DNA of 64,000 nucleotides from an archaeon (GCA_024278985.1 JAJRSC010000005.1:11428-75427); one strand, 5' to 3'. Counted from the first letter of the stretch, positions 11,325 to 22,174 are shown. Program-made: numbers and translations. The notes: generated by a model not told the origin, from the letters alone.

Positions 11325-12317
11325 TCAGCAAACTCTTGGTATTGGGTCACCAATTGGTGGGTCTATAATTCTTTTTCCTATTCCTGTATCTAATAAAACA
11401 CCCTTATGTTCTTTTGTAGCATATCCAATAATTTCTGCATTTTTTCCATATTTATGTTCTCTCAATATTTCTAAAACATCATTTGCATCTTTTTTATCAA
11501 CAGCTATAATCACCTTTCCCTCATTTGCAATAATTAATGGATCTAAGCCAAGAATATCACATATTCCTTTAACTTCCTCACTAATTGGTATTTTATCTTC
11601 ATAAATTGTTATTCCAATTCCACTTTTCTCAGATAATTCATTTAAAGCATTTGCTAAACCTCCCCTTGTTGGGTCCTTCATTGCATGAACATTATAGTCT
11701 AAAATTGGTTCAATCATTTTATTTAATGGAGCTACATCAGATTTTATATTTATATCAAACTCAAAACCTTCCCTTTCTAATAATATTGCTAATCCATGCT
11801 CTGCAATGTTTCCAGATATGATAATAGCATCTCCCTCTTTAATATTACTGTCCTTACATAATTTTTTAACTATTCCAACTCCAGAGGTGTTAATTATAAT
11901 ATCATCAACTCCATCACTAACCTTAGTATCTCCAGTTATAATTGGAACATCTGCCTCTAGAGATGTGTCATTTATTGACTTCATAATTTTTTCTAAAACA
12001 CTTGAGTCAAATCCTTCAGGAATTATAAATGAGAGAGTCAATGCTAATGGTTTAGCTCCAACAACAGACAAATCATTAACTGTTCCTGAAATAGATAACC
12101 TCCCAATATCCCCTCCTCTAAAAAATATTGGTTTTACAGTATAACTATCTGTTGTAATGGCTATTTCATTGTTAAGTATATTTATTGTTGATGAATCATC
12201 TAAATCATCCAAACCTAAAGTTCCGGCTCTTTTTAATGTTAAATTATTTAAAATAATATCTTTTATTAATTCCTGCATTACACTGCCTCCAGCTCCATGA
12301 AGTTTTGTAATCTTCAA
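11325..12317 (-). CDS. hypE: Hydrogenase maturation carbamoyl dehydratase
   Basis: HGAGG, TTDSYTV, GDTKV, KDPTRGG, ANEG, C-terminal PRVC. Confidence 0.95.
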   Translation of the reverse strand: MKITKLHGAGGSVMQELIKDIILNNLTLKRAGTLGLDDLDDSSTINILNNEIAITTDSYTVKPIFFRGGDIGRLSISGTVNDLSVVGAKPLALTLSFIIPEGFDSSVLEKIMKSINDTSLEADVPIITGDTKVSDGVDDIIINTSGVGIVKKLCKDSNIKEGDAIIISGNIAEHGLAILLEREGFEFDINIKSDVAPLNKMIEPILDYNVHAMKDPTRGGLANALNELSEKSGIGITIYEDKIPISEEVKGICDILGLDPLIIANEGKVIIAVDKKDANDVLEILREHKYGKNAEIIGYATKEHKGVLLDTGIGKRIIDPPIGDPIPRVC

Positions 12318-13225
12318 TATACCACCTTACAGTCAAATATTTTAACATTCTCATTAATTAATCTATTTATTAACTCTTTTTCTCTACTTTCATCAACTAA
12401 AATTAAAACACACCCTCCTCCCCCAGCACCAGTTAATTTAGCACCATAACCATATATATTTCCAATTTCAACAATCTTATCAATTTTTGGTGTAGATATG
12501 TTAAGTTTTTTTAATAGTAAATGATTTCTATACATTAAATTACCTAAGATTCTTTTATCATCAATATTATAAAATTCATCAATAAGTGCATCAATTTCTT
12601 TAAAAATAATATCCTTATCCTTACATTTAGCCACGTCTTTTATTATTTCAGATGTTCCTTTTTTTCTGTTCTCTACAAATACCACCAAAAATTTACAACT
12701 TTTTAACAAATCATTGTTTATTTTTTTCATTTTGTTTTTTTTTATTTCTAAGGTTCCCTTATAGGTTATAGTTGCTGTATCTGTTCTACTTGCTTTTCCT
12801 TGGACTTCCTTTTCCACTTGATAACCAAGTTCAGCAATCTCATCATCAGTTAATGAGTATCCAAAAAAATTAGATATTCCTCTAATTAAGGAGAGGGTAA
12901 TAGATGCAGAACTACCTAATCCACAACTAACAGGAATTTGTGAAGATATTTCTGTAAAAATTCCATTATTTATATCTAAATACTCATAAACCTTTTTTAT
13001 AGCCATAAGGGAATATTTAAAATCTCCAAATTTTAGAGGATTTATTGTTTTAAGTTCCTCTAAGTTAATAGTTAATGATTTATTTAGATTATGTAAGTAT
13101 AGTGTTATGTCATTACTCTCTTTAATGTTGACATAAGAGTAAAGGTTTATGGCCATGGATATAGCTCTATATCCATAAACAACTGCATGCTCTCCAAAAA
13201 GTATTGCTTTAGCTGGACTTTTCAT
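12314..13225 (-). CDS. mvk: Mevalonate kinase
   Basis: PAKAILFGEHAVVYG, PVSCGLGSSA, KLTGAGGGG. Confidence 0.93.
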   Translation of the reverse strand: MKSPAKAILFGEHAVVYGYRAISMAINLYSYVNIKESNDITLYLHNLNKSLTINLEELKTINPLKFGDFKYSLMAIKKVYEYLDINNGIFTEISSQIPVSCGLGSSASITLSLIRGISNFFGYSLTDDEIAELGYQVEKEVQGKASRTDTATITYKGTLEIKKNKMKKINNDLLKSCKFLVVFVENRKKGTSEIIKDVAKCKDKDIIFKEIDALIDEFYNIDDKRILGNLMYRNHLLLKKLNISTPKIDKIVEIGNIYGYGAKLTGAGGGGCVLILVDESREKELINRLINENVKIFDCKVVY

Positions 13226-14648
13226 AATTTATCATCTTTTTTAAATTTTCAATTCTTCTTACAGAAATCTCATTATATATTTCTTTAAGAATACTTTTCT
13301 CAAAGTCCATATTTTCAGATAATTTAATTATATATGTATATTTTGCATCAATATTTTTATTTGTTAATATAATTAAATTAAGATTGTCTATTAAAAGAGA
13401 AAAAACTTTTCTTATAGGTATTGAGGAAATAACATTTAAAAACCCTTCTAAATTAAAATCTATGTCTATTGATTCATTGACAATTATAAGAAAATTTTCA
13501 AATCCAATTTCTTTAATATTTTCTAATATACTAATTATTTTTTTATTTTCAAGATTTTCAAAATCTGTTAAATCTAATAGAACTAACATATTTTTTGGAT
13601 TGTTTGTTAGCACTTTATAAAATATTTTATCTTCATAAATTCCCAAGAATTTTATAACTAAACTATATTCAAGATATTTATCTAAAACCTCCTTACTGTA
13701 AAACTTTGTTGAATACCATAGTGGTCTGGTTGTATTAAAAAATAAATTATTATTTACTTTCTTTTTAAGGCTTATAATATTTCTTTTTTCTTCTAAGTGA
13801 TTATATAGAGAATCCAAACTAATTTTATCTCCAAAATTTAAAGATAAAAGATATTTTATTAAGTATCCTTCTTCAAATGTCTCTAATTTGAAAATTTCAC
13901 ATAGATATTTTAATTCTTTATATTCTTCATATTCTTTATATGAGTGAATTCCTAACTCCTTAGCTATATAATAATCCTTAGCACATTCAAATCCTAAAAA
14001 AAGGGCATCGTTATAATCATAGGCATTAGTGAATCCTCTTTTTAGAGCATCAATATATTCATCATAATTACCAAAACCATTTTTAATTGCCTCTAAAAAA
14101 GTATTAAAATCTTTAAAATTGTTCTTAATACAAAATTTATATACATCACAATCATTATTAATAATGGTACTTTCTCTATAACCTTTAAATAAATAATGAA
14201 GTATATATAGGCCATCAAAAGGTTCTAAAATTTTCTCCTCTACTAATTTTCTATAACTTCCTATAAAACCCAATTTTTTAGCTTTAAAGTATTCTTTAAC
14301 ATCTGAAAAGCCTGAATTTTTAAATTTTTTATATTCCTCTAAATCATTAAAATATTTTTTAAAAATATAATATTCTTCTGCATCAAAGCCTAAATTCTTA
14401 GCTTCTATATAGTCATATAATGTTTTAAAACCATTAGCATCAATATAAAAAATTTTCCCATCTTTTAATGTAAAAAAGATATCCATAAATTTATCTTTAT
14501 ATTTAAACACTTTATTATTTGGTAGTATTGATAAAAATGTTTCTATATTGTTAATCTTAAACATTTCATATTCATCAAAGTTAGGAACCTCAATATTTTC
14601 CAATTTTAAAGATTTTATTTTTAATACTACATTCTTAATATTTACCAT
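13209..14648 (-). CDS. Hypothetical protein with two blocks of ~14-aa GF..Y.EY..A.. repeats
   Basis: 479-aa ORF; repeats visible in the translation. Confidence 0.7.
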   Translation of the reverse strand: MVNIKNVVLKIKSLKLENIEVPNFDEYEMFKINNIETFLSILPNNKVFKYKDKFMDIFFTLKDGKIFYIDANGFKTLYDYIEAKNLGFDAEEYYIFKKYFNDLEEYKKFKNSGFSDVKEYFKAKKLGFIGSYRKLVEEKILEPFDGLYILHYLFKGYRESTIINNDCDVYKFCIKNNFKDFNTFLEAIKNGFGNYDEYIDALKRGFTNAYDYNDALFLGFECAKDYYIAKELGIHSYKEYEEYKELKYLCEIFKLETFEEGYLIKYLLSLNFGDKISLDSLYNHLEEKRNIISLKKKVNNNLFFNTTRPLWYSTKFYSKEVLDKYLEYSLVIKFLGIYEDKIFYKVLTNNPKNMLVLLDLTDFENLENKKIISILENIKEIGFENFLIIVNESIDIDFNLEGFLNVISSIPIRKVFSLLIDNLNLIILTNKNIDAKYTYIIKLSENMDFEKSILKEIYNEISVRRIENLKKMINYEKSS

Positions 14649-14800
14649 ATCAATTACCTTAAAAAATCAAAAATTATTATAAAAATTTTAAAAAATAAAA
14701 TAAATACTTTTCTTTTTAATAAGTCTAAAATTTCAATTCTTAAAAAGTTTATTAACAGCTATTTTAGTTATAAAAATATTTAAATAAAGGCTTTATAATG

Positions 14801-16660
14801 CTATTGTTCTTTTATTAGTTCTTTTAATTCATCTAAAAAGTTCTTATAACCAACTCTCTTCATAACATGGGCTAATCTCTCTCTTTGTGGTTTTTGAGAA
14901 TATTTATTATATAAGTAAATAACTCCATCAATTATTTTTATTAATTCATCCAAATCTTTAACTTTTGTATTTACTCCTATAATACTTCCTCTTCCTGATT
15001 TTCCTCCAATATACACCATATAACCATTTTCTTTTATTATTCTTGCTTCATTTGGACAGTTATCTATACACTTACCACAGCCAACACATAAATTGTAATT
15101 TGTGTATGATACTGAACCTCTAATATATATACACTCTGGCTTACACACTTCAAAGCATCTTCCACATCCATTACACTTATCTTCTAAAACTGTTGGATAT
15201 CTTACTCCTACAATTCCAATATCATGAATATCTGGCCTTACACATCCAGAAGGACATCCACTAATTGCAATTTTAAGTTTATTAGGTGTTGGTTTTTCTT
15301 TAAATTTTTCATTTAATATTTTAGCCAACTCTGTTGTATCTATATTTCCATTTGTACAGTTATTTGCTCCAGGACATGCTAATACACTTCTAACTAATGG
15401 CCCCTCTGAACCAGTAGATAATCCTACAGACTTAAGTTCATTTATAATATCTTCAATATCATAACCATTTGCCTTATGAAGTTCAAAACTGTCTCTATTT
15501 GTTAATTCTATTTTTAGATTATATTTTTTTGCTATCTTTAAAACATTTTCTATATCTTCATATGTATAAAATCCTGATGGTTTTGCTCTTAATCTTATAA
15601 AGAATGTTCCATCAGGTCTTTTTTTAACTCCTGGATAATCAGCTGCCCAATAAAATGATATTGGAAGATTATTGTTTTTTCTTCTTTCAACTTCTTTTTT
15701 AAATCTTTTAAGTTTTTTCTCTTCTAATTTTTTAATTTTTTCAATATTAACTCCTTCATATAATTCAATTGCCTTTTTTATTTCTTCTCCTTTTTTAGTT
15801 CTTATAATAACTGTTGAATAACCATCAGGTGAACCAACAGACCCAACAGAAACATCTGCAAGTTCAGCAGTAAAATCTCTACAAATTAAACAACCTTTAC
15901 AAACTTCAAACTCCTCTATTTTAAATTCTTCAACTCTATCCTCTAAATAAACTAAAAATTTACCTCTCTTAATATCAAATTTTTTGACATCTTTAATATT
16001 AATTCCTCTATCTTCTAAAACTTTTTTTAAGCTTTCATATTCAAATTTCTCCATACAAAATAATCCAATTAAATACTCTATTTTTGGCAATTTTACTGGT
16101 TTTCCATCTTTTCCAAGTTCATAATCATGTTTATTAAGATATGCAAAATATTTCAACTTTCTTAAACCATTAATTTGGCAAGGTAATCCAACAACTGCAA
16201 CCTTTTTTAATCCTAATTTACCAGCCTCTTTTAAAGCTTCAAGAGTTGAAACTGTATATTTTGATTTAGTTCCTTTTATTATATCCTCAGATGTTTGAAC
16301 TATCATAGAAACAGGTTTCCAATATTCATTTTTTCCTACAACTATAGCCCCATCTATTTTATTATTCTCAATTAAATACTTTAAAAAAGAACTTACAACT
16401 CCACCATCTTGCCCTTCAATATCACCCTTTCCATAATAATATTCTTCCTTAAAGTTTTCTCTAATTTTTATTTGATATTTTCCAGAAGAAACTCTTGGAC
16501 ATGTCTCAAAACACATTCCATGCCCTTTTCTTAAACATTCTTCTTTTAAGTATGGTCTATCTTTAAAATCTACAATGTTATTGGGACATACAATAGCACA
16601 TACTGAACATTTAGCACACATATCTGTATTAACTATCTTACTCTCTAAAAGCCATTCCAT
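14801..16660 (-). CDS. fsr: Coenzyme F420-dependent sulfite reductase
   Basis: N-terminal ferredoxin plus FrhB/FpoF-like domain (GQDGG, VGLPCQ) fused to a siroheme sulfite reductase domain (ACPG..NC...GCPSGC) with inserted 2x[4Fe-4S]. Confidence 0.93.
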   Translation of the reverse strand: MEWLLESKIVNTDMCAKCSVCAIVCPNNIVDFKDRPYLKEECLRKGHGMCFETCPRVSSGKYQIKIRENFKEEYYYGKGDIEGQDGGVVSSFLKYLIENNKIDGAIVVGKNEYWKPVSMIVQTSEDIIKGTKSKYTVSTLEALKEAGKLGLKKVAVVGLPCQINGLRKLKYFAYLNKHDYELGKDGKPVKLPKIEYLIGLFCMEKFEYESLKKVLEDRGINIKDVKKFDIKRGKFLVYLEDRVEEFKIEEFEVCKGCLICRDFTAELADVSVGSVGSPDGYSTVIIRTKKGEEIKKAIELYEGVNIEKIKKLEEKKLKRFKKEVERRKNNNLPISFYWAADYPGVKKRPDGTFFIRLRAKPSGFYTYEDIENVLKIAKKYNLKIELTNRDSFELHKANGYDIEDIINELKSVGLSTGSEGPLVRSVLACPGANNCTNGNIDTTELAKILNEKFKEKPTPNKLKIAISGCPSGCVRPDIHDIGIVGVRYPTVLEDKCNGCGRCFEVCKPECIYIRGSVSYTNYNLCVGCGKCIDNCPNEARIIKENGYMVYIGGKSGRGSIIGVNTKVKDLDELIKIIDGVIYLYNKYSQKPQRERLAHVMKRVGYKNFLDELKELIKEQ

Positions 16661-16710
16661 AACAATTCACCTAAAAAAATATTATTAATAATAGGAATGT
16701 ATTTTTTCTA

Positions 16711-16818
16711 TTATTTTATACATTATCTATTATATAGCTTATATTTTATAAATTTATATTTTTGTTATTTTATACATTATCTATTATATAGCTTATATTT
16801 TATAAATTTATATTTTTG
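16711..16818. repeat. Perfect 54-bp tandem duplication upstream of fsr
   Basis: TTATTTTATACATTATCTATTATATAGCTTATATTTTATAAATTTATATTTTTG at 16711-16764 and 16765-16818. Confidence 0.9.
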
Positions 16819-17993
16819 TTTATCCATTTATCTAATGTTATTTTTTCTTTATAATAATTTGTTTTAATTGGATAGAAAGATATCTCTCCATACTTTCCTC
16901 CACCACCTGGAAGAATATATATTTTACCTTCTCTAAACAATTTTATAGCTTCTCCAACTCTTTCATGAATTTCTTTTAATTCTTTAATATCTGCATTTAT
17001 TAAGACATCTATTTCATTTCCATATTTGTTAATAAATGTCTCCCATATCCTTTGAACAGATTTTGTAAATATTCCCTTACCAATAGTTAAACTAATAATC
17101 TCAGCTAATGGAATTATTTTAATATATTTAGCCCTAAAATTTGGATGTTCTATTTTTCCATCACTCAACTCTAAAACTCTATCATAAACTCCTTTTTTTA
17201 TTCTTCCTCCACATTCAGGACATTTAAAATTAAATTTTTTAGCATCCTCTAACTTAAATTTTATATAACATTTAGAACAGGCAGTTAAATGATATTTTCC
17301 AAGTTTTGGGTCTAATCCATAATTTGCTATAACTTTTTTATTTTTTATTGCCCTTTTTATTTCTTCAAAGTTATCCTCCAGTCCTCCAATATTATCAACT
17401 ATTAACTGATTAAATTCTCTTCCCAACCTATGGGGATGATAAGAGTGTGCATCAGAATTACTTAAAAATACAAACTCTCTAAGTTCTTTAATCATATCTG
17501 CCATATCAGAATCTGCTGATAATCCTAACTCAATAAAATCTGGTTTTTTTTCATAACATTGATAAATTGAGTCAAAACTCTTATATATTGAAGTCCAAGG
17601 AACAAATGCATGAGCTGGCCCTATTAAAGAATCTGCTTCTCTAACAATCTCTAAAATTTCTCTTCCAGATAGGTATATTTTTGGCCTTCCTTCTTTGTCT
17701 ATATCTTTAGAATATTTTTTAAACCTCTCTCTTAACTCTTCAGCTTTTTCTATATTTGGAACAATAATAAGATGATGTACCCTATCTTTATCTTCTACTT
17801 CAGTAGTTAAAATTATATTTTTATCTTTAAATTCTTTTATTTCCTTTAAATATTCTGGATTTAAACAGTCTCCCGTTCCAACAATATCAAGACCTTTAAT
17901 TTTACTGTATTTTATAATATTTCTTAAATTCATATCTTTAGATGTTCCTCCAGAATACTTAGAGTGTATATGTAAATCTACATTAACTATCAT
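16800..17993 (-). CDS. TIGR00375 PHP-domain protein with Zn ribbon (endonuclease Q-like)
   Basis: DLHIHSKYS, GTGD, PAHAF, ELGLS, SNSDAHS, GKYH..CSKC...CPECGG. Confidence 0.85.
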   Translation of the reverse strand: MIVNVDLHIHSKYSGGTSKDMNLRNIIKYSKIKGLDIVGTGDCLNPEYLKEIKEFKDKNIILTTEVEDKDRVHHLIIVPNIEKAEELRERFKKYSKDIDKEGRPKIYLSGREILEIVREADSLIGPAHAFVPWTSIYKSFDSIYQCYEKKPDFIELGLSADSDMADMIKELREFVFLSNSDAHSYHPHRLGREFNQLIVDNIGGLEDNFEEIKRAIKNKKVIANYGLDPKLGKYHLTACSKCYIKFKLEDAKKFNFKCPECGGRIKKGVYDRVLELSDGKIEHPNFRAKYIKIIPLAEIISLTIGKGIFTKSVQRIWETFINKYGNEIDVLINADIKELKEIHERVGEAIKLFREGKIYILPGGGGKYGEISFYPIKTNYYKEKITLDKWINKNINL

Positions 17994-17994
17994 T

Positions 17995-18852
17995 TTAGTA
18001 TCTCCCCATCTTTTTAGCTAACTCCAATAATCTTTTAATTCTTTCTTCTGTTGGAGGATGTGTTGAGAATAATTTAGCAATAAAGTCTGACCTAAATGGA
18101 TTTACTATAAATAAATGTGCTGTTGCTGGATTTCCTCTTTCAAGTGGATATAACTCAACTCCCTTTTCTAACTTTGCCAATGCATTGGCTAACCATAATG
18201 GATGGGTTAATTTTGCCCCAGTTTCATCTGCTAAAAACTCTCTCTGTCTTGATATAGCAAACTGTATTAATGTTGCTGCTATAGGGGCTAAGATAATTAA
18301 TAAAAGTGTCCCAATAAACTCTAATGGATTACCATCCTCTTCTTCACTTCTAAACATCCAACCAAACCACATAAACCATTCTGCTATATAGGTTATTGCT
18401 CCTGCCAAAGTTGCAACAATTGTGGATATAAGAATATCTCTATTTATGATATGACCTATTTCATGTCCAATAACTCCCTCCAATTCTTCAGGAGATAACA
18501 ACTCTAAAATTCCCTCTGTTACTGCTACTACTGCATTCTCTGGATTTCTACCAGTAGCAAAGGCATTTGGTGTAGCTATAGGAACTAAGGCAACCTTAGG
18601 TTTTGGAATTCCTGCCTTTCTTGCAACTCTTTCAACTATAGAATGAAGCCATGGAAGTTCATCCCTTTCTAATATTTTTGCATTGTAAGAAGCTAAAACT
18701 AATTTGTCAGAAAAAAAGTATGCTATTATGTTTGGGATAAGGGCTATTATTATAGCAAAAAATGGAGGAATATGTAATAACCAACAAATTGCATATATCA
18801 ATCCAGTTAATAATGCCAATAATAGATAAGTTTTTAATGTTTCCCATAACAT
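17995..18852 (-). CDS. htpX: Zinc metalloprotease HtpX
   Basis: PNAFATGRNP, HEIGH, SRQREFLAD, FSTHPP. Confidence 0.95.
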   Translation of the reverse strand: MLWETLKTYLLLALLTGLIYAICWLLHIPPFFAIIIALIPNIIAYFFSDKLVLASYNAKILERDELPWLHSIVERVARKAGIPKPKVALVPIATPNAFATGRNPENAVVAVTEGILELLSPEELEGVIGHEIGHIINRDILISTIVATLAGAITYIAEWFMWFGWMFRSEEEDGNPLEFIGTLLLIILAPIAATLIQFAISRQREFLADETGAKLTHPLWLANALAKLEKGVELYPLERGNPATAHLFIVNPFRSDFIAKLFSTHPPTEERIKRLLELAKKMGRY

Positions 18853-18859
18853 ATATTTT

Positions 18860-20140
18860 TCACCTTCTTAATAGTTCTCTTAATACTGATGTAGCATAAC
18901 ATCCCTTTTTAAGGGAAAATCTTAATATGTAACTATTACTATCTATTGAATAATCTAAATTATATATTTTTTGTATCATTTCTCTCCTATCTCCCTGAAA
19001 GTATCCAAACTTATCAATTTTGAATTTTTCCTTACTTAAGTTTTCTTCTTCATAAACTTCTCTCTCAATTTCTCCCTGAATTCCTGATGCAAATCTAACC
19101 TTATACCCAAATAAAGGTGCTGATGGAAAATTATCGATTAATATATCCCCCTCTAATTTATTAAATCCATATTCATATCTTCTATTAACTATTTCATTAA
19201 ATAAATAGGATTGATAAGCATTGACAAACATACACCTTAAATATGGTGGTAATGCTAAAAATGCCTCTTTATAACTGTTAGTTTTTAAGTAAATTTTAAT
19301 CATCTTTCTTTCATAAATAAAAACTCTTGGGTATTTTCTATATGCCTCTTTAAAATCTTCTTCATCTACCAACTTTCTTGCAAGTTTTGATTTTTCATCA
19401 TCATTAGGTAGAGGAGTTCCACAGTATAGATAAAAAGCATTTTCCCAATCTCTCTCCAAAATAAGTTTTCCAACAATATGAGTTATTGGTCTTTTTTCTC
19501 CAAATCTCTGAATTCCATAGTAGTTTAAAAAAATCTTATATTCTTTTTTAATTTTTTTTAAAAGAGATTTATCTAAAACTTCTGGCTCCCTAACTCTTAT
19601 AGTAAATCTATTACCCCATAAATGTCCAAGTTTAATTTTTTTATTAGTTTTTTGAAAGTCTCTTAAAACAATATTCTTTATTTTTACATTTTTTAATTTG
19701 TTAAGATTAACATTAAAACATCCAACTCTTTGAGTGGTTATAGCAACTTTATCCTTATTCCCAGCAAATCCAAAATGTTTTCTTGAAACTCCTACTCTCT
19801 TAGCAATTTCAACTATTGCATCTAATGTTGTCCAGTTCTTTTTTTCGAGTGTAAAATGAATAAAATTTCCTTTCCAGTTATCAACATCTTTAAATTTAAT
19901 AGATTTTCCTACTTCTAAAATAATCCCTTCAGGAGTTATTTCTTCAACAATAAAATCCTCAGGATATTTTTTTATAATACCCCCAGTATAGAAGTTTGTT
20001 AGATATCTATTTAAATTTAAAGGCATTTTTTTAAAATACTCTTTAATAACTTTATCCCTAAATTTTAATCTAAACCTTTTACTTTTTTCCTTTAAATTTT
20101 TTATAGTTTCTTCTTTTCTTTTTATAATATGAAATTTCAT
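18860..20140 (-). CDS. truD: tRNA pseudouridine synthase D
   Basis: PEDFIVEE, FAGNKDKVAITTQ, GNRF, NYYGIQRFG, AYQSYLFN, KGCYAT. Confidence 0.95.
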   Translation of the reverse strand: MKFHIIKRKEETIKNLKEKSKRFRLKFRDKVIKEYFKKMPLNLNRYLTNFYTGGIIKKYPEDFIVEEITPEGIILEVGKSIKFKDVDNWKGNFIHFTLEKKNWTTLDAIVEIAKRVGVSRKHFGFAGNKDKVAITTQRVGCFNVNLNKLKNVKIKNIVLRDFQKTNKKIKLGHLWGNRFTIRVREPEVLDKSLLKKIKKEYKIFLNYYGIQRFGEKRPITHIVGKLILERDWENAFYLYCGTPLPNDDEKSKLARKLVDEEDFKEAYRKYPRVFIYERKMIKIYLKTNSYKEAFLALPPYLRCMFVNAYQSYLFNEIVNRRYEYGFNKLEGDILIDNFPSAPLFGYKVRFASGIQGEIEREVYEEENLSKEKFKIDKFGYFQGDRREMIQKIYNLDYSIDSNSYILRFSLKKGCYATSVLRELLRR

Positions 20141-20190
20141 AACTAATCCCTATTAACAGTAAATAAAAATTATTGAGGTGAATACCTTAT

Positions 20191-20325
20191 ATGATAAATA
20201 TAAACATAGATAACTTAAATAAATATATAAAAAAAGTCATATGTCCAAAATGTAAATATTCTTTTAAAACAGTTGGAAAAAGAGTTATATGTCCAAAATG
20301 TAAGACTATAATAACAATTCAATAG
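20191..20325 (+). CDS. 44-aa zinc-ribbon microprotein (two CPKCK motifs)
   Basis: GAGGTG RBS at 20175-20180, ATG 20191: MININIDNLNKYIKKVICPKCKYSFKTVGKRVICPKCKTIITIQ*; not in the ORF track. Confidence 0.75.
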   Translation: MININIDNLNKYIKKVICPKCKYSFKTVGKRVICPKCKTIITIQ

Positions 20326-21013
20326 CTATATAAACTGCCTGTATTATTGTTTCATAAAATATGGTTTTATTTTTATATAAGCTTCTTGTTCCTGTTAGTT
20401 GATTCTCTACATATAATCCAAAAGGTCTTAAATTTAAAGTTATCTTATTTTTTTCTCCAGAAACAATTATTTCATTAATATCTTCCTCATAACTCCATTT
20501 TTTTATAATATTATTTTCTTTCATCTTATTTAATATTCTAAAAATCTCCTTTTTTATTTTTTCTAAATCTTTCTTAGACATATATAAAGCATCATCCAAT
20601 TCAAATTTTAACTGAATATATAATCCAACGACAAACTCAACCATTGAGTATATTAACTCCTCTTCAATATTACAAACTACCCTATCGTTGAGTATGGGAA
20701 TATCAAAATAGCTAACTTTCTTATCTTTATATTCCTCTAAATCATATATGTTAATATTTTTTTCTTTTATTATTAAATAATCAAAAACTTCAATCCATAT
20801 TTTTGAAGTTGCTTTAAATACAATAAGCCAAATATCAGATACAATAGCAGCAGTTGTAGACTCAGATTTATATATAATTTTTATGTTATACTCTTTAGAT
20901 AATTCCTTTAATTTTTTATAGATTATATTATTAAAATTAAGATTTTTTATTTTATTAATTATATCCTTATCATACTCCGAAATTTCTATAGGATAATTTT
21001 TTAGGCTATACAT
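20306..21013 (-). CDS. Hypothetical protein
   Basis: 235-aa ORF with GTGA SD-like site; no recognised motif. Confidence 0.65.
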   Translation of the reverse strand: MYSLKNYPIEISEYDKDIINKIKNLNFNNIIYKKLKELSKEYNIKIIYKSESTTAAIVSDIWLIVFKATSKIWIEVFDYLIIKEKNINIYDLEEYKDKKVSYFDIPILNDRVVCNIEEELIYSMVEFVVGLYIQLKFELDDALYMSKKDLEKIKKEIFRILNKMKENNIIKKWSYEEDINEIIVSGEKNKITLNLRPFGLYVENQLTGTRSLYKNKTIFYETIIQAVYIAIELLL

Positions 21014-21075
21014 ATCTTCATCACATATAATATATTATTAAAAATTTTTAAAAGATAAAAGATAAAAAATTATAT

Positions 21076-22173
21076 TTATTTCTCAATTATTGTTTCTTTA
21101 ATAGCCATTCCAAAGTGTCTTGCGTATTCTTCTGGTTTTATTAAAACTTTATCTCCTGGTTTTAAATCAACAACTGATACTGGTTCTCCATTTTCATTTA
21201 CTAATCTTATAGTTTCAGCATTTTGTAATATTGTTCTAATTATGTCTCCTTTATACTCAGCTTCAATTAAAATTAATGGTCTTCTCTCTATTTTAACTCT
21301 CCCTACTATTGCCTCTCTTGCATTCCCCTCTTTATCAACAATTAAAACCTTATCTCCTGCTTTTAATTCACTTAAATATTTTGTTTTATTGCCAGGGACT
21401 AATATATATGCATGAACAGGGCCAGCATTAACTCTGAATGGTCTTGTTTCAACATAAGGATTTTCAACAGTTTCAGAATGTACTAAGAATAATCCCCTTG
21501 AATATGAGCCAATTAACATTCCTTCTCCTATTTTCATTAATGAGCATGTATCAATACAAACTCTGTCCCCACTACCAATAGGTTCAACTTTTGTTATTGT
21601 TGCAACATCCAAATTAATTTTTTCTTTATTAATATCCTCTATAATCTTAGATAATTCCTTTATATCTTCTAAATCTTTTGGTTGTAAAAGAACACCATCA
21701 GTCCCTTTCTCTAAAATTTCATATGATGTTTTTGCATCTTCAAGATTATTTACACTTGCTATAATTTTAACATCCCTGTTAAATAAATCAGCTATTAAAT
21801 TTTCTAAAGGTATTATTTTCCAATCTTTACCTTCAATTATTATATAATCTATAAATCCAAATCTTGCAACTTCTGAAGCAAATTCTTCATCCTCTTTACT
21901 CTCAATTGGAATATATATAGCTGTCTCTTTTCCTTTTTCCTTAGCTTCTTTCAAAAACTCAATATTATCATTCTTAGAAATTAAAACAATATCTGCATCC
22001 AAACTATGTGAAGCAACTTTAATATTTCCTAACTCTTTTATCTTCTTAATATCCTCTGGTTTAGCAACAACAACAGGGATTGAACTCTCTAAAGCCATCT
22101 TTACTTTCTCTTTTCTTTCTTCCCAATTATCTCCATCTGCTAATACCCAACCAAATTTTACCATAACTATCAA
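21076..22173 (-). CDS. 3-dehydroquinate synthase type II (AroB')
   Basis: WKIIPLEN, GDRVCIDTCS, RPFRVNAGPVHAY, ILQNAETIRL, RHFGM. Confidence 0.93.
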   Translation of the reverse strand: MIVMVKFGWVLADGDNWEERKEKVKMALESSIPVVVAKPEDIKKIKELGNIKVASHSLDADIVLISKNDNIEFLKEAKEKGKETAIYIPIESKEDEEFASEVARFGFIDYIIIEGKDWKIIPLENLIADLFNRDVKIIASVNNLEDAKTSYEILEKGTDGVLLQPKDLEDIKELSKIIEDINKEKINLDVATITKVEPIGSGDRVCIDTCSLMKIGEGMLIGSYSRGLFLVHSETVENPYVETRPFRVNAGPVHAYILVPGNKTKYLSELKAGDKVLIVDKEGNAREAIVGRVKIERRPLILIEAEYKGDIIRTILQNAETIRLVNENGEPVSVVDLKPGDKVLIKPEEYARHFGMAIKETIIEK

Positions 22174-22174
22174 C

